From Escherichia phage JoYop, in sequence record OR769032.1: DNA of 64,000 bases; one strand, written 5' to 3'. The stretch's first letter is position 1. Every line of letters starts with the position of its first letter. Shown here piece by piece: positions 9,877 through 20,051 of this stretch. The notes under the pieces were generated by a model that saw only the letters and a program-made list of their open reading frames with translations, made no database searches and had not been told where the DNA came from. The position numbers and the translations under genes are program-made.

Positions 9877-10092
9877 TTAAGCCTTTTTATCAAGAACAGA
9901 ATTCAGCTTATTAGTAATTTTATCCAGACGCGCATTGAACTCGCTAGAAGACAGTCCTTTTTCTGGAGAAATCAAACTAATCACGAAAAATATAACAATA
10001 AAAGGAATAAGGAAAATAGCTCCAACTGCCATAAACAGAAAGAATGTTACAGTTGTAAGAAAATCAGCTAAACCTTTACGAAATTTATACAT
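9877..10092 (-). CDS. small hydrophobic membrane protein
   Basis: Track start is TTG; ATG at 10092 with AAGGG SD; strongly hydrophobic segment FLFMAVGAIFLIPFIVIFFVISLI. Confidence 0.4.
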   Translation of the reverse strand: MYKFRKGLADFLTTVTFFLFMAVGAIFLIPFIVIFFVISLISPEKGLSSSEFNARLDKITNKLNSVLDKKA

Positions 10093-10206
10093 ATTTACCC
10101 TTAATTGATTAACCAAGCATTGATAAGCACTAAACTATATTGTGAATAAAATTCTGGACCAAAATGAAAAATCATATCATTTATAGTATCCATAATATAA
10201 TTCAAT

Positions 10207-10677
10207 TTAATCATGTTTCCACACCCCATCGGTATTTGACCAAAGTCGCTGATTATCTGATCCTCGCCACAGCTTTTTGGTAGGAAGATTTTTCTCATAC
10301 TTCCCATCAATAATAACATCAACATATTTAAGCATTTCTAGTTGTTTAATATCTTCAAACTTATACCCTGTCCACAACCAAATGCTTTTATTGGGATAAA
10401 GATTTTTAATAGTTTGTACCACAGAGTGAATCACGTCTCTGTTATCAGGATAGAGAGGGTCTCCTCCAGTTATAGTTAATCCTTCTATATAATCATTATT
10501 CAAACATTCAATTAATTGTTCTAGTGTTTCACCAGTGAATGGAATACCGTTTCTAGCATTCCATGTTGATTTATTATAACACCCTTCGCATTTATGCAAA
10601 CATCCAGTAACAAAAAGAACGGTCCTGCACCCAGGACCATTAACAAAATCACAAGGATAAATTCTATCGTAATTCAT
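10207..10677 (-). CDS. nrdG: Anaerobic ribonucleotide reductase activating protein NrdG (radical SAM)
   Basis: 156 aa; cysteine cluster CDFVNGPGCRTVLFVTGCLHKCEGC; directly downstream of nrdD. Confidence 0.85.
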   Translation of the reverse strand: MNYDRIYPCDFVNGPGCRTVLFVTGCLHKCEGCYNKSTWNARNGIPFTGETLEQLIECLNNDYIEGLTITGGDPLYPDNRDVIHSVVQTIKNLYPNKSIWLWTGYKFEDIKQLEMLKYVDVIIDGKYEKNLPTKKLWRGSDNQRLWSNTDGVWKHD

Positions 10678-12491
10678 TGATGCTTAACCCTATGCATGAT
10701 TTCTTTATTTTTGCCGAGATTAAATCCGCGTTCATTCGGATTTCCCAAATAGCCGCATGTTCTTCTTATGGTATTCATCTTTTTAGGATCAGTTTCTCCA
10801 CAAATAGAACAAACAAATCCATTTTCAGTCGGAGTCATTTCATGGGTACTTCCGCATGTAAAACACTTATCTACTGGCATGTTAACACCAAAATAATCTA
10901 AATGCTGTGCAGCATAATCCCATACAGCCTCAAGACCTTTTAGGTTGTTTTTCATATCAGGAAGTTCAACATAAGAAATGTGACCACCTGTCGCAATGAA
11001 ATGATATGGTGCTTCACGAGAAATCTTTTCAAACGGAGTAATATTTTCTTCTACTGAAACATGGAAACTGTTAGTGTACCATCCTTTATCAGTAACATCC
11101 TTTACACTTCCATATTTTTCGGTATCGAGTTTACAGAAGCGATAACAAAGGTTTTCAGCAGGAGTAGAATACAAGCTAAAAGCAAATCCGGTTCTTTCTG
11201 TCCACTGCTTAAGACGAGCATTCATTTTAGTTAAAATTTCTTGTCCAATATCACGACCAACAAGAATATTCAATTCGTGAATACCAATGTATCCTAGGGA
11301 CACTGAACTTCTACCGTTTTTAAATAACTCAATTATATCGTCATCAGGTTTAAGACGAACCCCGAATGCACCTTCTTGGTAAAGAATAGGAGCAACAGTC
11401 GCTTTAACTCCTTTTAAGGAACTAATTCTACACATCAATGCTTCAAAACACAAATCCATTCGCTCATTGAATAATTCGGCAAATTTCTGTTCATTGAACT
11501 GTGTTCCAATATAAGAATCTAGCGCAATGCGAGGAAGATTCAGTGTTACAACACCAAGATTATTACGTCCATCAAGAATTTCATTACCAGTCGAATCTTT
11601 CCATACACTCAAGAAACTGCGGCAACCCATCGGAGAAACAGGAATAGATGAACCGGTGATAGCTTTATTATTCTTAGCTGAAATAATATCAGGATACATC
11701 CTTTTGCTTGCGCACTCTAGAGCAAGCTGCTTAATATCATAGTTCGGATCGTCTTTGTAAAGATTAACGCCTTCTTCGACGAACATAACAAGCTTAGGAA
11801 AAATAGGAGTTATCCCATCACGACCAAGACCTTTAATACGATTTTTCAGAATTGCTTTCTGAATCATTCGTTCAGTCCAGTCAGTTCCCGTACCAAATGT
11901 AATTGTTACAAAAGGCGTTTGCCCGTTTGAACTAAAGAGAGTATTTACTTCATATTCATAAGCTTGGAATGCATCGTATACGTCTTTTTCTGTTTTAGAT
12001 TGAGCATAATTCAACGCATCAGCGATTTGCCATTTTTCTGCATCCTCGATATGTTTTGCATAGGTGCGTTTAACATAAGGAGAAAGTACTTTATCTACAT
12101 TCGCAAAAGTCGTTCCGCCATATTGATGAGAAGCAACTTGTGCAGTAATTTGTGCCATAATTGCAGTAGCAACGCCAATTGATTTAGGAGTTTCAATCTG
12201 CGCATTACCAAGCTTAAATCCATTCTCAAGCATTCCTTTTAAATCTACTAAACAGCAATTAGTAAATGGAAGAGCAGGTGAATAATCAATATCATGAAAA
12301 TGGATAATTCCGCTTTCATGCGCTTTCATAATAAAAGACGGGACCATATTTTTGGCAATGTGTTTAGACACAATACCAGCCATAAGGTCCCGTTGAGTTG
12401 GAAAAACACGAGAATCTTTATTAGCATTCTCGTTTAAAAGGTCTTTATTAGTTTTATGAATTAATCCTTCAATTTCTTTTTCAATTGTCAT
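10674..12491 (-). CDS. nrdD: Anaerobic ribonucleoside-triphosphate reductase NrdD
   Basis: 605 aa; C-terminal glycyl-radical motif RRTCGYLG and Cys-rich zinc site CFTCGS...CSIC; single uninterrupted ORF. Confidence 0.9.
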   Translation of the reverse strand: MTIEKEIEGLIHKTNKDLLNENANKDSRVFPTQRDLMAGIVSKHIAKNMVPSFIMKAHESGIIHFHDIDYSPALPFTNCCLVDLKGMLENGFKLGNAQIETPKSIGVATAIMAQITAQVASHQYGGTTFANVDKVLSPYVKRTYAKHIEDAEKWQIADALNYAQSKTEKDVYDAFQAYEYEVNTLFSSNGQTPFVTITFGTGTDWTERMIQKAILKNRIKGLGRDGITPIFPKLVMFVEEGVNLYKDDPNYDIKQLALECASKRMYPDIISAKNNKAITGSSIPVSPMGCRSFLSVWKDSTGNEILDGRNNLGVVTLNLPRIALDSYIGTQFNEQKFAELFNERMDLCFEALMCRISSLKGVKATVAPILYQEGAFGVRLKPDDDIIELFKNGRSSVSLGYIGIHELNILVGRDIGQEILTKMNARLKQWTERTGFAFSLYSTPAENLCYRFCKLDTEKYGSVKDVTDKGWYTNSFHVSVEENITPFEKISREAPYHFIATGGHISYVELPDMKNNLKGLEAVWDYAAQHLDYFGVNMPVDKCFTCGSTHEMTPTENGFVCSICGETDPKKMNTIRRTCGYLGNPNERGFNLGKNKEIMHRVKHQ

Positions 12492-12961
12492 TTTAAACTC
12501 TTTCTAAGCTGCTTCTTAAATGAAGCTATTAATTGTGTTTTAGTGTCAGATTCATTATATTCAAATCCTCTTTGAAGCATCTCGGCCATCATTTCCTCTT
12601 TTCCTAAACGAGAAAATTCCTTTGATTTATCTCCAACAAAGTTAGGGTGAATATTATTTTGGGTGTAATCGGATTTTAAATAAGTGAGTAAATTTTCTAA
12701 CCATTCAAGATAATCAACGCCTTGTCCCTTTAAACCAGAACGATTAAATTTGTGCTTCATTTGACCTTCTGCAGCATTACACAGATTACATAACAATCCA
12801 CGTACCTTTCCTGCTTTCGGTCCATTTAATTCATGGTCATGATCGAGGTGATTAGCTTGAACATCAGGATTTAATTCTCGTTGGCAAATTAAGCATTTAC
12901 CATTTTGTGCATTATAAAATTTTTGTTTTTCTTCTTTGTATAATTTGCCAGTCAATAACAT
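12488..12961 (-). CDS. 49: Endonuclease VII (Holliday junction resolvase) gp49
   Basis: 157 aa MLLTGKLYKEEKQKFYNAQNGKCLICQREL... recognised as T4 endo VII. Confidence 0.9.
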   Translation of the reverse strand: MLLTGKLYKEEKQKFYNAQNGKCLICQRELNPDVQANHLDHDHELNGPKAGKVRGLLCNLCNAAEGQMKHKFNRSGLKGQGVDYLEWLENLLTYLKSDYTQNNIHPNFVGDKSKEFSRLGKEEMMAEMLQRGFEYNESDTKTQLIASFKKQLRKSLK

Positions 12962-13010
12962 AATAAAACCCTTACCTTAAATAGATAAGGGTATTTATTA
13001 TTTTCAAGTA

Positions 13011-13457
13011 TTAAAACGCTCGGTCAGAAAAAGAAATTTGAGTTTCAAGCCATTCAATGTACTCTGCAGCAGCTTGCATCAAATTTCCTTCATAGCCATC
13101 GTTATTTTCTTGTGAAGCTAATTTAGCTAATGCATATGAAATACGTTCACCTTGAAAAGCGGCTTTAGGCTTCTGGGCAGCTTGATCAATTCGTTCTACA
13201 ACTTCTTCAATTTCGCCATTTTCTGCGGATTCAGTATTCCACAAGCACCAATACGTAATTGGCTTATCATAGATGTTAATAATCTTTCCATCAGAAAGTT
13301 CAATTTCAATAATTCCAGTATCAGGTTCTATATCATCTTCACATTCTTTTGCAAGTTCACGAACTTTAAAGACAGTACCTGCACTAAGTTCCGGCCAATA
13401 ATTACACAGCCCTTTATCAGCACGATTAATTCTAAACCACTTATCTACTGCAATCAT
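13011..13457 (-). CDS. hypothetical protein; possibly Pin (Lon protease inhibitor) by position
   Basis: Track start is TTG; ATG at 13457; sits between 49 and nrdC where T4 has pin; identity not verified. Confidence 0.4.
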   Translation of the reverse strand: MIAVDKWFRINRADKGLCNYWPELSAGTVFKVRELAKECEDDIEPDTGIIEIELSDGKIINIYDKPITYWCLWNTESAENGEIEEVVERIDQAAQKPKAAFQGERISYALAKLASQENNDGYEGNLMQAAAEYIEWLETQISFSDRAF

Positions 13458-13580
13458 GTCCCATCTCCATATCAATTAAGTCATTTATTGTTGGTTCATT
13501 ATATACTGTTTCTTCATCAGTGTAAACCGGTTCTTCCGGCTCTGGCTCTACAGTTTCCCATCTAGCCGCCCACCAAGGTT

Positions 13581-13901
13581 TTATAGCGTAATCCATTCTC
13601 GTACTGTCTGAGTTACTACACGTTCACGGGGCTCGACTAATTCAACAGTCGGAACTGCATAATACCAGTCAGAATGATAAGAACCTGATCGAGATTCATT
13701 TACCGCTACATGTACATTATGTTTTGGACTAAAGTAAACACACTGACGATATTGGCATTTACCATCTTGCACCCAATCTTCTATTTCGACAGGTTTAAGA
13801 TAATCCGAAAAATCGAAATCATAATTTTCTGAAAATGCATCGTGGTCTTCAATAATTTCACTCAGAACTGCATCAACATCTAATTTATTTTCAATAGTCA
13901 T
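13581..13901 (-). CDS. hypothetical protein
   Basis: 106-aa ORF, ATG start. Confidence 0.45.
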   Translation of the reverse strand: MTIENKLDVDAVLSEIIEDHDAFSENYDFDFSDYLKPVEIEDWVQDGKCQYRQCVYFSPKHNVHVAVNESRSGSYHSDWYYAVPTVELVEPRERVVTQTVREWITL

Positions 13902-13911
13902 TTGTCACCAC

Positions 13912-14082
13912 TTAATTTCGCAATTTATTAAGTTCTTCATAATCAATCCAGGATTCTAATCCTGATGGCAAATCAGATTCAATTTCCCAAAGAAGTTCTT
14001 CAATTTTCTGAAGACGATCCAATTCTTCAGCTGGAATAGTAACCATTGCCGGAGCTCTTGCTGCACTAATATCGTAAATCAT
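13912..14082 (-). CDS. hypothetical small acidic protein
   Basis: Track start GTG; ATG at 14082 with GGGG SD. Confidence 0.35.
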   Translation of the reverse strand: MIYDISAARAPAMVTIPAEELDRLQKIEELLWEIESDLPSGLESWIDYEELNKLRN

Positions 14083-14299
14083 ATTTACCCCAGTTTGACC
14101 ATGCAATCGCCATATTTCCACTTAGAAATAGACTTTTCGTCATTAGAATAATAAACTTCGAGTTTAGCACGGTTATTTTAATTTGAATAACCTTAGCTGT
14201 CATTAAAGTTCCATACCCATAGTAAACTGCAACTTCATCACCTACATATACCGCGCTTCCGCGGTAGTCATGGATATAATCAGTTCCTTCGAGCATCAT
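14066..14299 (-). CDS. hypothetical protein
   Basis: 77-aa ORF with ATG start; ATGA-type overlap with nrdC stop. Confidence 0.35.
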   Translation of the reverse strand: MMLEGTDYIHDYRGSAVYVGDEVAVYYGYGTLMTAKVIQIKITVLNSKFIILMTKSLFLSGNMAIAWSNWGKYDLRY

Positions 14300-14559
14300 T
14301 TAAAGTATTCCCGCAATTGGTCAAATCCACCAATATGACTTCCATCAGGAGCAAATACTTGAGGCATCGTCAAGCCGATTTGAGTATCACGACCTAGTTT
14401 CGTCAGAAGCTCAGCAATTTTCTCATCATCAAAAACACCTTTTTCCGGCATAATGTTGATAAATTCAAACGGCTGCTTCTTCACGGTCAAAAGACGTTTT
14501 GCATTATCGCAATACACACATTTATGGATGTTGCTATCATAACCGTATACTTTAAACAT
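14296..14559 (-). CDS. nrdC: Thioredoxin/glutaredoxin NrdC
   Basis: 87 aa MFKVYGYDSNIHKCVYCDNAKRLL... with CVYC active site; recognised as T4 thioredoxin. Confidence 0.9.
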   Translation of the reverse strand: MFKVYGYDSNIHKCVYCDNAKRLLTVKKQPFEFINIMPEKGVFDDEKIAELLTKLGRDTQIGLTMPQVFAPDGSHIGGFDQLREYFK

Positions 14560-14560
14560 A

Positions 14561-14803
14561 TTATTCCTTAATTCCTAGTACTTGTTTAAAAGTCTCATCG
14601 TAATCAAGACTTTGGCCCGTTTGTTCTTTATGTTTGTATATAATATCACTTACTTCTGATAGCATATTTTTATATGAACGAGTTAAAGCAGATTTAAGAA
14701 CGCTGTATCTATCAGGAAATTTACCATGTTCATTATAATAAGCTATTGCTAATTCACGGACTGCCTTTTCAGCAGCCTCCATATATTCTTTACGCTTGGT
14801 CAT
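14561..14803 (-). CDS. hypothetical protein
   Basis: Track start TTG; ATG at 14803. Confidence 0.4.
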   Translation of the reverse strand: MTKRKEYMEAAEKAVRELAIAYYNEHGKFPDRYSVLKSALTRSYKNMLSEVSDIIYKHKEQTGQSLDYDETFKQVLGIKE

Positions 14804-15107
14804 TTTCTTCTCGGTCAAATCGGTGTTTACAATGGCGACATTTATAACGAAGATTACTATTCTGCCAATGAACTAATTGTACCTGTTCAGTGCCGCACTT
14901 TGGGCAATTAGGAATATTCTTAGAAGCTCTTTCACGTCGTTCAACCATGGCCATAATAGCATCCCATGCTGGAGGTTTAAAATCTAAATCGTCGCAACCA
15001 TGAATCTTTCCACGCATTTCCATATCATCTTCCTCACCAGCCATAATAATTTTAATTAAACTGGAATTACTTGAAGCTGCGATGTCTTCTAATAAACGCT
15101 TTTTCAT
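14790..15107 (-). CDS. hypothetical zinc-ribbon protein
   Basis: 105 aa with CPKCG...CRHCKH four-cysteine motif. Confidence 0.45.
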   Translation of the reverse strand: MKKRLLEDIAASSNSSLIKIIMAGEEDDMEMRGKIHGCDDLDFKPPAWDAIMAMVERRERASKNIPNCPKCGTEQVQLVHWQNSNLRYKCRHCKHRFDREENDQA

Positions 15108-16033
15108 TTCAATACCTCGATGGCATTACGTAAACCATTTGCTTTGGCGGTTAAAGCCTTAAGAACTTTAGTATGCTCTTCAATTTGTTTTTCAACTTCA
15201 GCCAAACGTATATTGAGATATTCACGTTCTTCGCTCAGATTATCAACCTTTTCTACTTTAGGTTCTTTTATAACTGACTTATATGTATTAGGGTTCTTCA
15301 GTTTAATTAGAATGCGTGAACTATATAACATTGAACCATTATCTTCGGTTTCGTCATACATTTCTACTACGTCCATGATTTTTAACATCATGCGGAGTTT
15401 ATAAGACAACGAACGAATAGTTTTGTTGTGCTTATTAATTTCTCTAGAGTTCATGGTGCCGAGATTACGTGAGTAATAATAAGGAACCTGGATATTAATT
15501 AATACTGATGAACCACCTGGCTTGTGTGTTACTTCATCAGCAATAACCCAGTCCTTAACATGAACTGTATTTGTACGATCATCGCCCGCGGTGAACAGTT
15601 TGCGAGCATGCTTAAAAAGCATATTCACTTGGTCATTGAATTGGCAAGCAAATTTATCAGCAAATTTGGTTTCAGGAATGGTAGAAAACCAATCAGCCAA
15701 ATGAGTCTTTTTAACATCATTAACAATAGTAAATTCAACCAAATCGGTTATAGATGTCTCAGATTTAATGAAGCTCGGCTTCATAAAGTTTTTAATGTTC
15801 TCATGAGCTACAGTAGAAGATAACATACGAGAACGTTTAAACCATTCAAGCAAATTGCCTAACGAATGAGAATAAGCGTTTTGAGTATCTTTACAGATAT
15901 GATTTTCCTGTCCAACATATTGAAGGAAATCACGAAGAATATTATTAACTACTGCTCTGTGTCCTATCTGATAATTGCGATGTTTAGTAATAAGACTGTC
16001 AAAATAATCAATATAATGTTTACGAGTTTTCAT
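15104..16033 (-). CDS. coiled-coil-tailed protein, member A of a four-gene tandem family
   Basis: 309 aa; N-terminus MKTRKHYIDYF; C-terminal approx 50-aa heptad-rich segment ending LRNAIEVLK. Confidence 0.55.
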   Translation of the reverse strand: MKTRKHYIDYFDSLITKHRNYQIGHRAVVNNILRDFLQYVGQENHICKDTQNAYSHSLGNLLEWFKRSRMLSSTVAHENIKNFMKPSFIKSETSITDLVEFTIVNDVKKTHLADWFSTIPETKFADKFACQFNDQVNMLFKHARKLFTAGDDRTNTVHVKDWVIADEVTHKPGGSSVLINIQVPYYYSRNLGTMNSREINKHNKTIRSLSYKLRMMLKIMDVVEMYDETEDNGSMLYSSRILIKLKNPNTYKSVIKEPKVEKVDNLSEEREYLNIRLAEVEKQIEEHTKVLKALTAKANGLRNAIEVLK

Positions 16034-16087
16034 ATTCTTCTCACTTAGTTAATGATTTATGCTCCAAGCCATCCTTGGCTTTAAATT

Positions 16088-17089
16088 TTACTTAATTAAC
16101 TGTAAAGCTTGTTCAAGACGATCAAGACGATTAACAGATTCTTCCCAAATCCTTTTAGCCTGTTCATATTCTTTCTGTGCTTTATTAGAAATTTCTAGAA
16201 CTTCTTTATAAGCTTTTTCTAGTGCAATAACTTCTGGACGAATTTCTACCGGTTCAGGTGAATCATCAAGACATTCTATTAGTTCCTCAAGAGTAGTTTC
16301 TTCTTTAGGAGTATTCACAATTTCCTCGCATTTTTGTTGATAAATTTCTTTATCAGTCGGTGAGTACGCGCATTTCACTTCACGAAGGCTAATTATAATT
16401 TTATATCCTTCCCAACCACATATATTTTTGAAAGGATACGTATGAATACTTTTTACAGTTTCCATACAGCCCAAAGCCGCCTCTAACTGATGGGTTATAG
16501 TACTAGCAATTGAGAAAAATTTATTAATATTCTTTTGGTTAACTTCCGGTGTAAAAAATCCATAATTCACAAAAATAGCTACTTTATTTTTATCAAGCTC
16601 ATATTCTTTTACGATAATCATATCAGAAGCTAAAGGATGAATTTGACGATAATCACCATAACATAATTTAGAAGCTGATTTTAAAATTTGTCCTTTAAAA
16701 AGTCTGAAATTACTAATCCAACGACGAGTAAAAATATTCTCAGGGTCTTCTTTATTATTAAGATGATAAGAATTAACATCACCGAACCAATTATATCCTA
16801 CTACATCTTTGGTTCGTTTAATTTCTTTCCCAAATTTACCAAAAATATCCCGATTAACCAAATATGAAAGAAGACGAGACCCTTTAAAGGTTTCCTTAAT
16901 ATCATCTTTATCTACACGGCTAGAAATTTTACAAACTTCATGAATAAATTTACTTGAAGAAACTATACTTGCATCAATACTATTGAGCCATTGATTGATA
17001 ATAGAAAGAACACCGTGATGACTAGACATGGGTTTAACTTTATCATCAATAACGCTATTGAATGATTTGATATATTCGTTACGAGTCAT
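16088..17089 (-). CDS. coiled-coil-tailed protein, member B
   Basis: Track start TTG lies inside the promoter; ATG at 17089 (MTRNEYIKSF) with GGAGA SD; C-terminal coiled coil ending LEQALQLIK. Confidence 0.55.
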   Translation of the reverse strand: MTRNEYIKSFNSVIDDKVKPMSSHHGVLSIINQWLNSIDASIVSSSKFIHEVCKISSRVDKDDIKETFKGSRLLSYLVNRDIFGKFGKEIKRTKDVVGYNWFGDVNSYHLNNKEDPENIFTRRWISNFRLFKGQILKSASKLCYGDYRQIHPLASDMIIVKEYELDKNKVAIFVNYGFFTPEVNQKNINKFFSIASTITHQLEAALGCMETVKSIHTYPFKNICGWEGYKIIISLREVKCAYSPTDKEIYQQKCEEIVNTPKEETTLEELIECLDDSPEPVEIRPEVIALEKAYKEVLEISNKAQKEYEQAKRIWEESVNRLDRLEQALQLIK

Positions 17090-17117
17090 AATAATCTCCT
17101 CAGTAGAAAGTAAGAAC

Positions 17118-17147
17118 ATTATACCACATTCTTGTGGCAAAGTAAAC
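17118..17147 (-). promoter_or_regulatory. T4-type early promoter between family members C and B
   Basis: Minus strand GTTTAC-(18 nt)-TGG-TATAAT, overlapping the stop codon region of the upstream gene. Confidence 0.55.
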
Positions 17148-18154
17148 TAGTTCAGTGCATTTAGTGCATTGTTCAGTTTAGAACGTTGTTTTGTCAGATT
17201 TTGAACCCTTGACTGTGCTTGTTCTAACACCTTTTCAGCTTCTAACATTTCATTAGTTGCTTTAACAAGTTCATCATCTACTGCTTTAAGAGACTTCTCA
17301 ATCGCATCGGCGTGCCATTTTTCTACAGGTTTAAAATTTGAATTTTCAGTAGGAAGAAAACTCACTTTATTAAGTTTCCATGCATCTGTACTACTTGAAC
17401 TGTACATCCAACATTTAGGATCGTTGGATGAGCGATTAGTTTGAGGTTCAGGTTTTTTCTCTTGCGTAACTTCATCCTTTCTCAAATAATCATATTTAAA
17501 TGAAACGACCATATCAAGTTCATATGTTGTCGTATCTAATTTAAATCGTTCGAAATGCTGCGAAATCTTAGACTGAACAGCGGAAACAACATCCATATAC
17601 TTAAATGCTTCTGTCAATTGTGATTTAAGGCATTCACAGATTGAAAGAGAATTTTTTGTATTAGGTTTAAAGCTAATTCGTGCAGTTCTGTTATTTTCTT
17701 TTAATGGTCTTACTTCCATCTGAAGAGTATAACCATCAAATTTCAGATTCTTTAAGTTAATGTCAGAGCCTTTTAATCGACTAGCTGTGGACAAAATTTG
17801 CTTTAGTTGTTTACGAAATAGAGCAATAAATCTCCATTCAATACGATAATGATTTGGATTGAAAAATCCAGATGATAAATCGACCTTACTTTGACCAACG
17901 CCTTGAACAAATAGAGGATTTTTATAATCAATAGTTTTACAGAAATCAACGAGTTGTTCACGAGCAGTCATTTGTGTAATATACCCCGCTTTACTAAAAT
18001 GACGTAACCATTCACTGCTATTCAGATGCTTAAAGGCATGAATGGAACAATTAACTTTACCAAGGTCTAAATTATTTTCGCACAAAAATGTCATAACATC
18101 ACGAGTATAACTGGCATTACGAACAATATCTTCAATTTGAGAACGAGTTTTCAT
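17147..18154 (-). CDS. coiled-coil-tailed protein, member C
   Basis: 335 aa; N-terminus MKTRSQIEDIV; C-terminal coiled coil ending LNNALNALN. Confidence 0.55.
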   Translation of the reverse strand: MKTRSQIEDIVRNASYTRDVMTFLCENNLDLGKVNCSIHAFKHLNSSEWLRHFSKAGYITQMTAREQLVDFCKTIDYKNPLFVQGVGQSKVDLSSGFFNPNHYRIEWRFIALFRKQLKQILSTASRLKGSDINLKNLKFDGYTLQMEVRPLKENNRTARISFKPNTKNSLSICECLKSQLTEAFKYMDVVSAVQSKISQHFERFKLDTTTYELDMVVSFKYDYLRKDEVTQEKKPEPQTNRSSNDPKCWMYSSSSTDAWKLNKVSFLPTENSNFKPVEKWHADAIEKSLKAVDDELVKATNEMLEAEKVLEQAQSRVQNLTKQRSKLNNALNALN

Positions 18155-18162
18155 AGTATTCC

Positions 18163-19053
18163 TTAAGATTTAAGTAAATCAACAATTTTAATTAACTTTT
18201 CACGCTCAGATTTAGCTTTACTACTCAATCCAGATAGTCTAAAAATTTCATCATCATATTGTTGAATAGAAATATTCAGTTCTTCAATCTGTTTATTAAA
18301 ATAATCAATTTGTTCAGAATGTTTTTCGTTACTACGAACTGGTACAGGTTTTGTAGGCAATTCAATTGAACTGGATTCATCCGGGCGATAAATTAAAATA
18401 CAACTTGAACCAATTGGGCATTTTGCACCAGATGAATATTCTAATGTTCCAGCTTCTTTTAAAACTTCAAAAGCTAAGCAGAGATGATGCCCCATATTAA
18501 CATAATCTGTAGAGCGAGCTCTAATGTAATAATCAATTCCACGAGTACTAAATTTAAAGCATTTAAGGTCTTCTGTATTATTAGTCTTAAAAATCATTTG
18601 TTTATCTAGACCTTTAGCCAATCGAGCGCCTAATGCTAATAATCGTCGTTGATTTTCCCACAAATCTGTAATCATTTGATCGAATGATAATTTCGGCATT
18701 AGTCGACCATAAAGGTCATATCCTTTATTATAATTGCGAAGGATTTCACTCGCGTTAATACGAGACAATGCTCCAATTTTATTAAGGGCTTTCATAATGC
18801 GATTAGATAAACTCATTCCAGACCCATTTGTTCGCTGTAAATGTTTTTCTAATCCAAATCCAATATCAATTTTAAATTTATCTAAAATTTCAGCATGAAC
18901 ATCTCTGTCAATAACATTCAAATCCAAAGTTGGGTTAAATCTATGAAAAAATTTATCTGGCTCTCCACGACGAAATACAGTCCATTCATTCATCATTTTT
19001 TTATTAACTAAAGATTTAATTACTGCATTGACATTATTAATTACTACTGACAT
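18163..19053 (-). CDS. coiled-coil-tailed protein, member D
   Basis: Track start GTG; ATG at 19053 with GAGGAAAAT SD; C-terminal coiled coil ending LIKIVDLLKS. Confidence 0.5.
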   Translation of the reverse strand: MSVVINNVNAVIKSLVNKKMMNEWTVFRRGEPDKFFHRFNPTLDLNVIDRDVHAEILDKFKIDIGFGLEKHLQRTNGSGMSLSNRIMKALNKIGALSRINASEILRNYNKGYDLYGRLMPKLSFDQMITDLWENQRRLLALGARLAKGLDKQMIFKTNNTEDLKCFKFSTRGIDYYIRARSTDYVNMGHHLCLAFEVLKEAGTLEYSSGAKCPIGSSCILIYRPDESSSIELPTKPVPVRSNEKHSEQIDYFNKQIEELNISIQQYDDEIFRLSGLSSKAKSEREKLIKIVDLLKS

Positions 19054-19060
19054 ATTTTCC

Positions 19061-19468
19061 TCACTCAATTTCAATTTTACTAAATACACAGAATATGATT
19101 GAACAGACTACATAAGCACCACACACAGATTGAACTAATACCATCCCAAAGAACCAAACAATATTATCAAACAGTGTCTGTTTTACGTCGAAAGGACGTA
19201 AACTTACAGTAATATTATCACCTTTTTCTATTGAAGAATACATCTCTGGGGAAATATATTCACTAAATCTATAACCGTCTTTGAGTTCATATACGGCAAT
19301 AAACGATAAACTAGACCCTTTTCCTTGTGTTCCTGTAATAGTATTAACTACAGTAACATCATAATCTTTATAATGCATATAATCATTAATAGCATAATAA
19401 CCATATGCAACTACTATACATAAACAACATATCAATAAATTCAATCTTTTAATTATCAACTGTTTCAT
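19061..19468 (-). CDS. membrane protein (N- and C-terminal hydrophobic helices)
   Basis: 135 aa; hydrophobic segments LLICCLCIVVAYGYYAI and VWFFGMVLVQSVCGAYVVCSIIF. Confidence 0.45.
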   Translation of the reverse strand: MKQLIIKRLNLLICCLCIVVAYGYYAINDYMHYKDYDVTVVNTITGTQGKGSSLSFIAVYELKDGYRFSEYISPEMYSSIEKGDNITVSLRPFDVKQTLFDNIVWFFGMVLVQSVCGAYVVCSIIFCVFSKIEIE

Positions 19469-19497
19469 AATAATCTCAATTAAAAGGGCTTAGAACC

Positions 19498-19518
19498 ATT
19501 ATACCATCCTTGGTATAA
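19498..19518 (-). promoter_or_regulatory. early-promoter-like element
   Basis: Minus strand TTTATAC-(spacer)-GATGGTATAAT. Confidence 0.4.
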
Positions 19519-19523
19519 AGCGG

Positions 19524-20051
19524 TTATGCGAGTACCGTCTTTAACCGTTCTTCAAACTTCCGAAGAGTATTTTGGCGTTCAGCTCTTTGCTTTTTGTAAG
19601 TTTCAATACGCTCTGAAATGAGAGTGTATCGTTCATTCACTGATTCTTTCATAAAATCAGGAATTTCACGAGAAGCTTTAATCTCGTCAAATTTATCAAT
19701 AACAGCTTGCTCTTCAGCAATTAAGTTATCATACATTAAAATATCTTTCTTGATGAACTCAATATCTTCTTGAGTTACACGAGATAATTTAGATGCTTTA
19801 TCCTTTTTGTACTGTTCGTTAGTATCACGAGACCAGTGTAATGTACGATTTTTATTCGTATTTTTGTAAATTTCTACAATACCAATCTCATCAATAATAA
19901 CGATCCAATTCCAACGGGATTTGTAAATCTGTCCTCCATCAACCGTAATTTCACCTCCGATTGAGATGTCATTAAAGAACTTGCTTTGTGCTTCTGACTT
20001 AAATTTACCATCGTTGTAATTTACCAGGTTGAAAATATCTTTAGCATTCAT
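19524..20051 (-). CDS. hypothetical protein with C-terminal coiled coil
   Basis: Track start at 20111 lies inside the promoter; ATG at 20051 (MNAKDIFNLV) with GGAGG SD. Confidence 0.45.
   Translation of the reverse strand: MNAKDIFNLVNYNDGKFKSEAQSKFFNDISIGGEITVDGGQIYKSRWNWIVIIDEIGIVEIYKNTNKNRTLHWSRDTNEQYKKDKASKLSRVTQEDIEFIKKDILMYDNLIAEEQAVIDKFDEIKASREIPDFMKESVNERYTLISERIETYKKQRAERQNTLRKFEERLKTVLA

Noticed and set aside
10101-10325. 74-aa ORF overlapping the nrdG 3' region
   Set aside because: Overlaps nrdG in a different frame; nrdG identification is strong.
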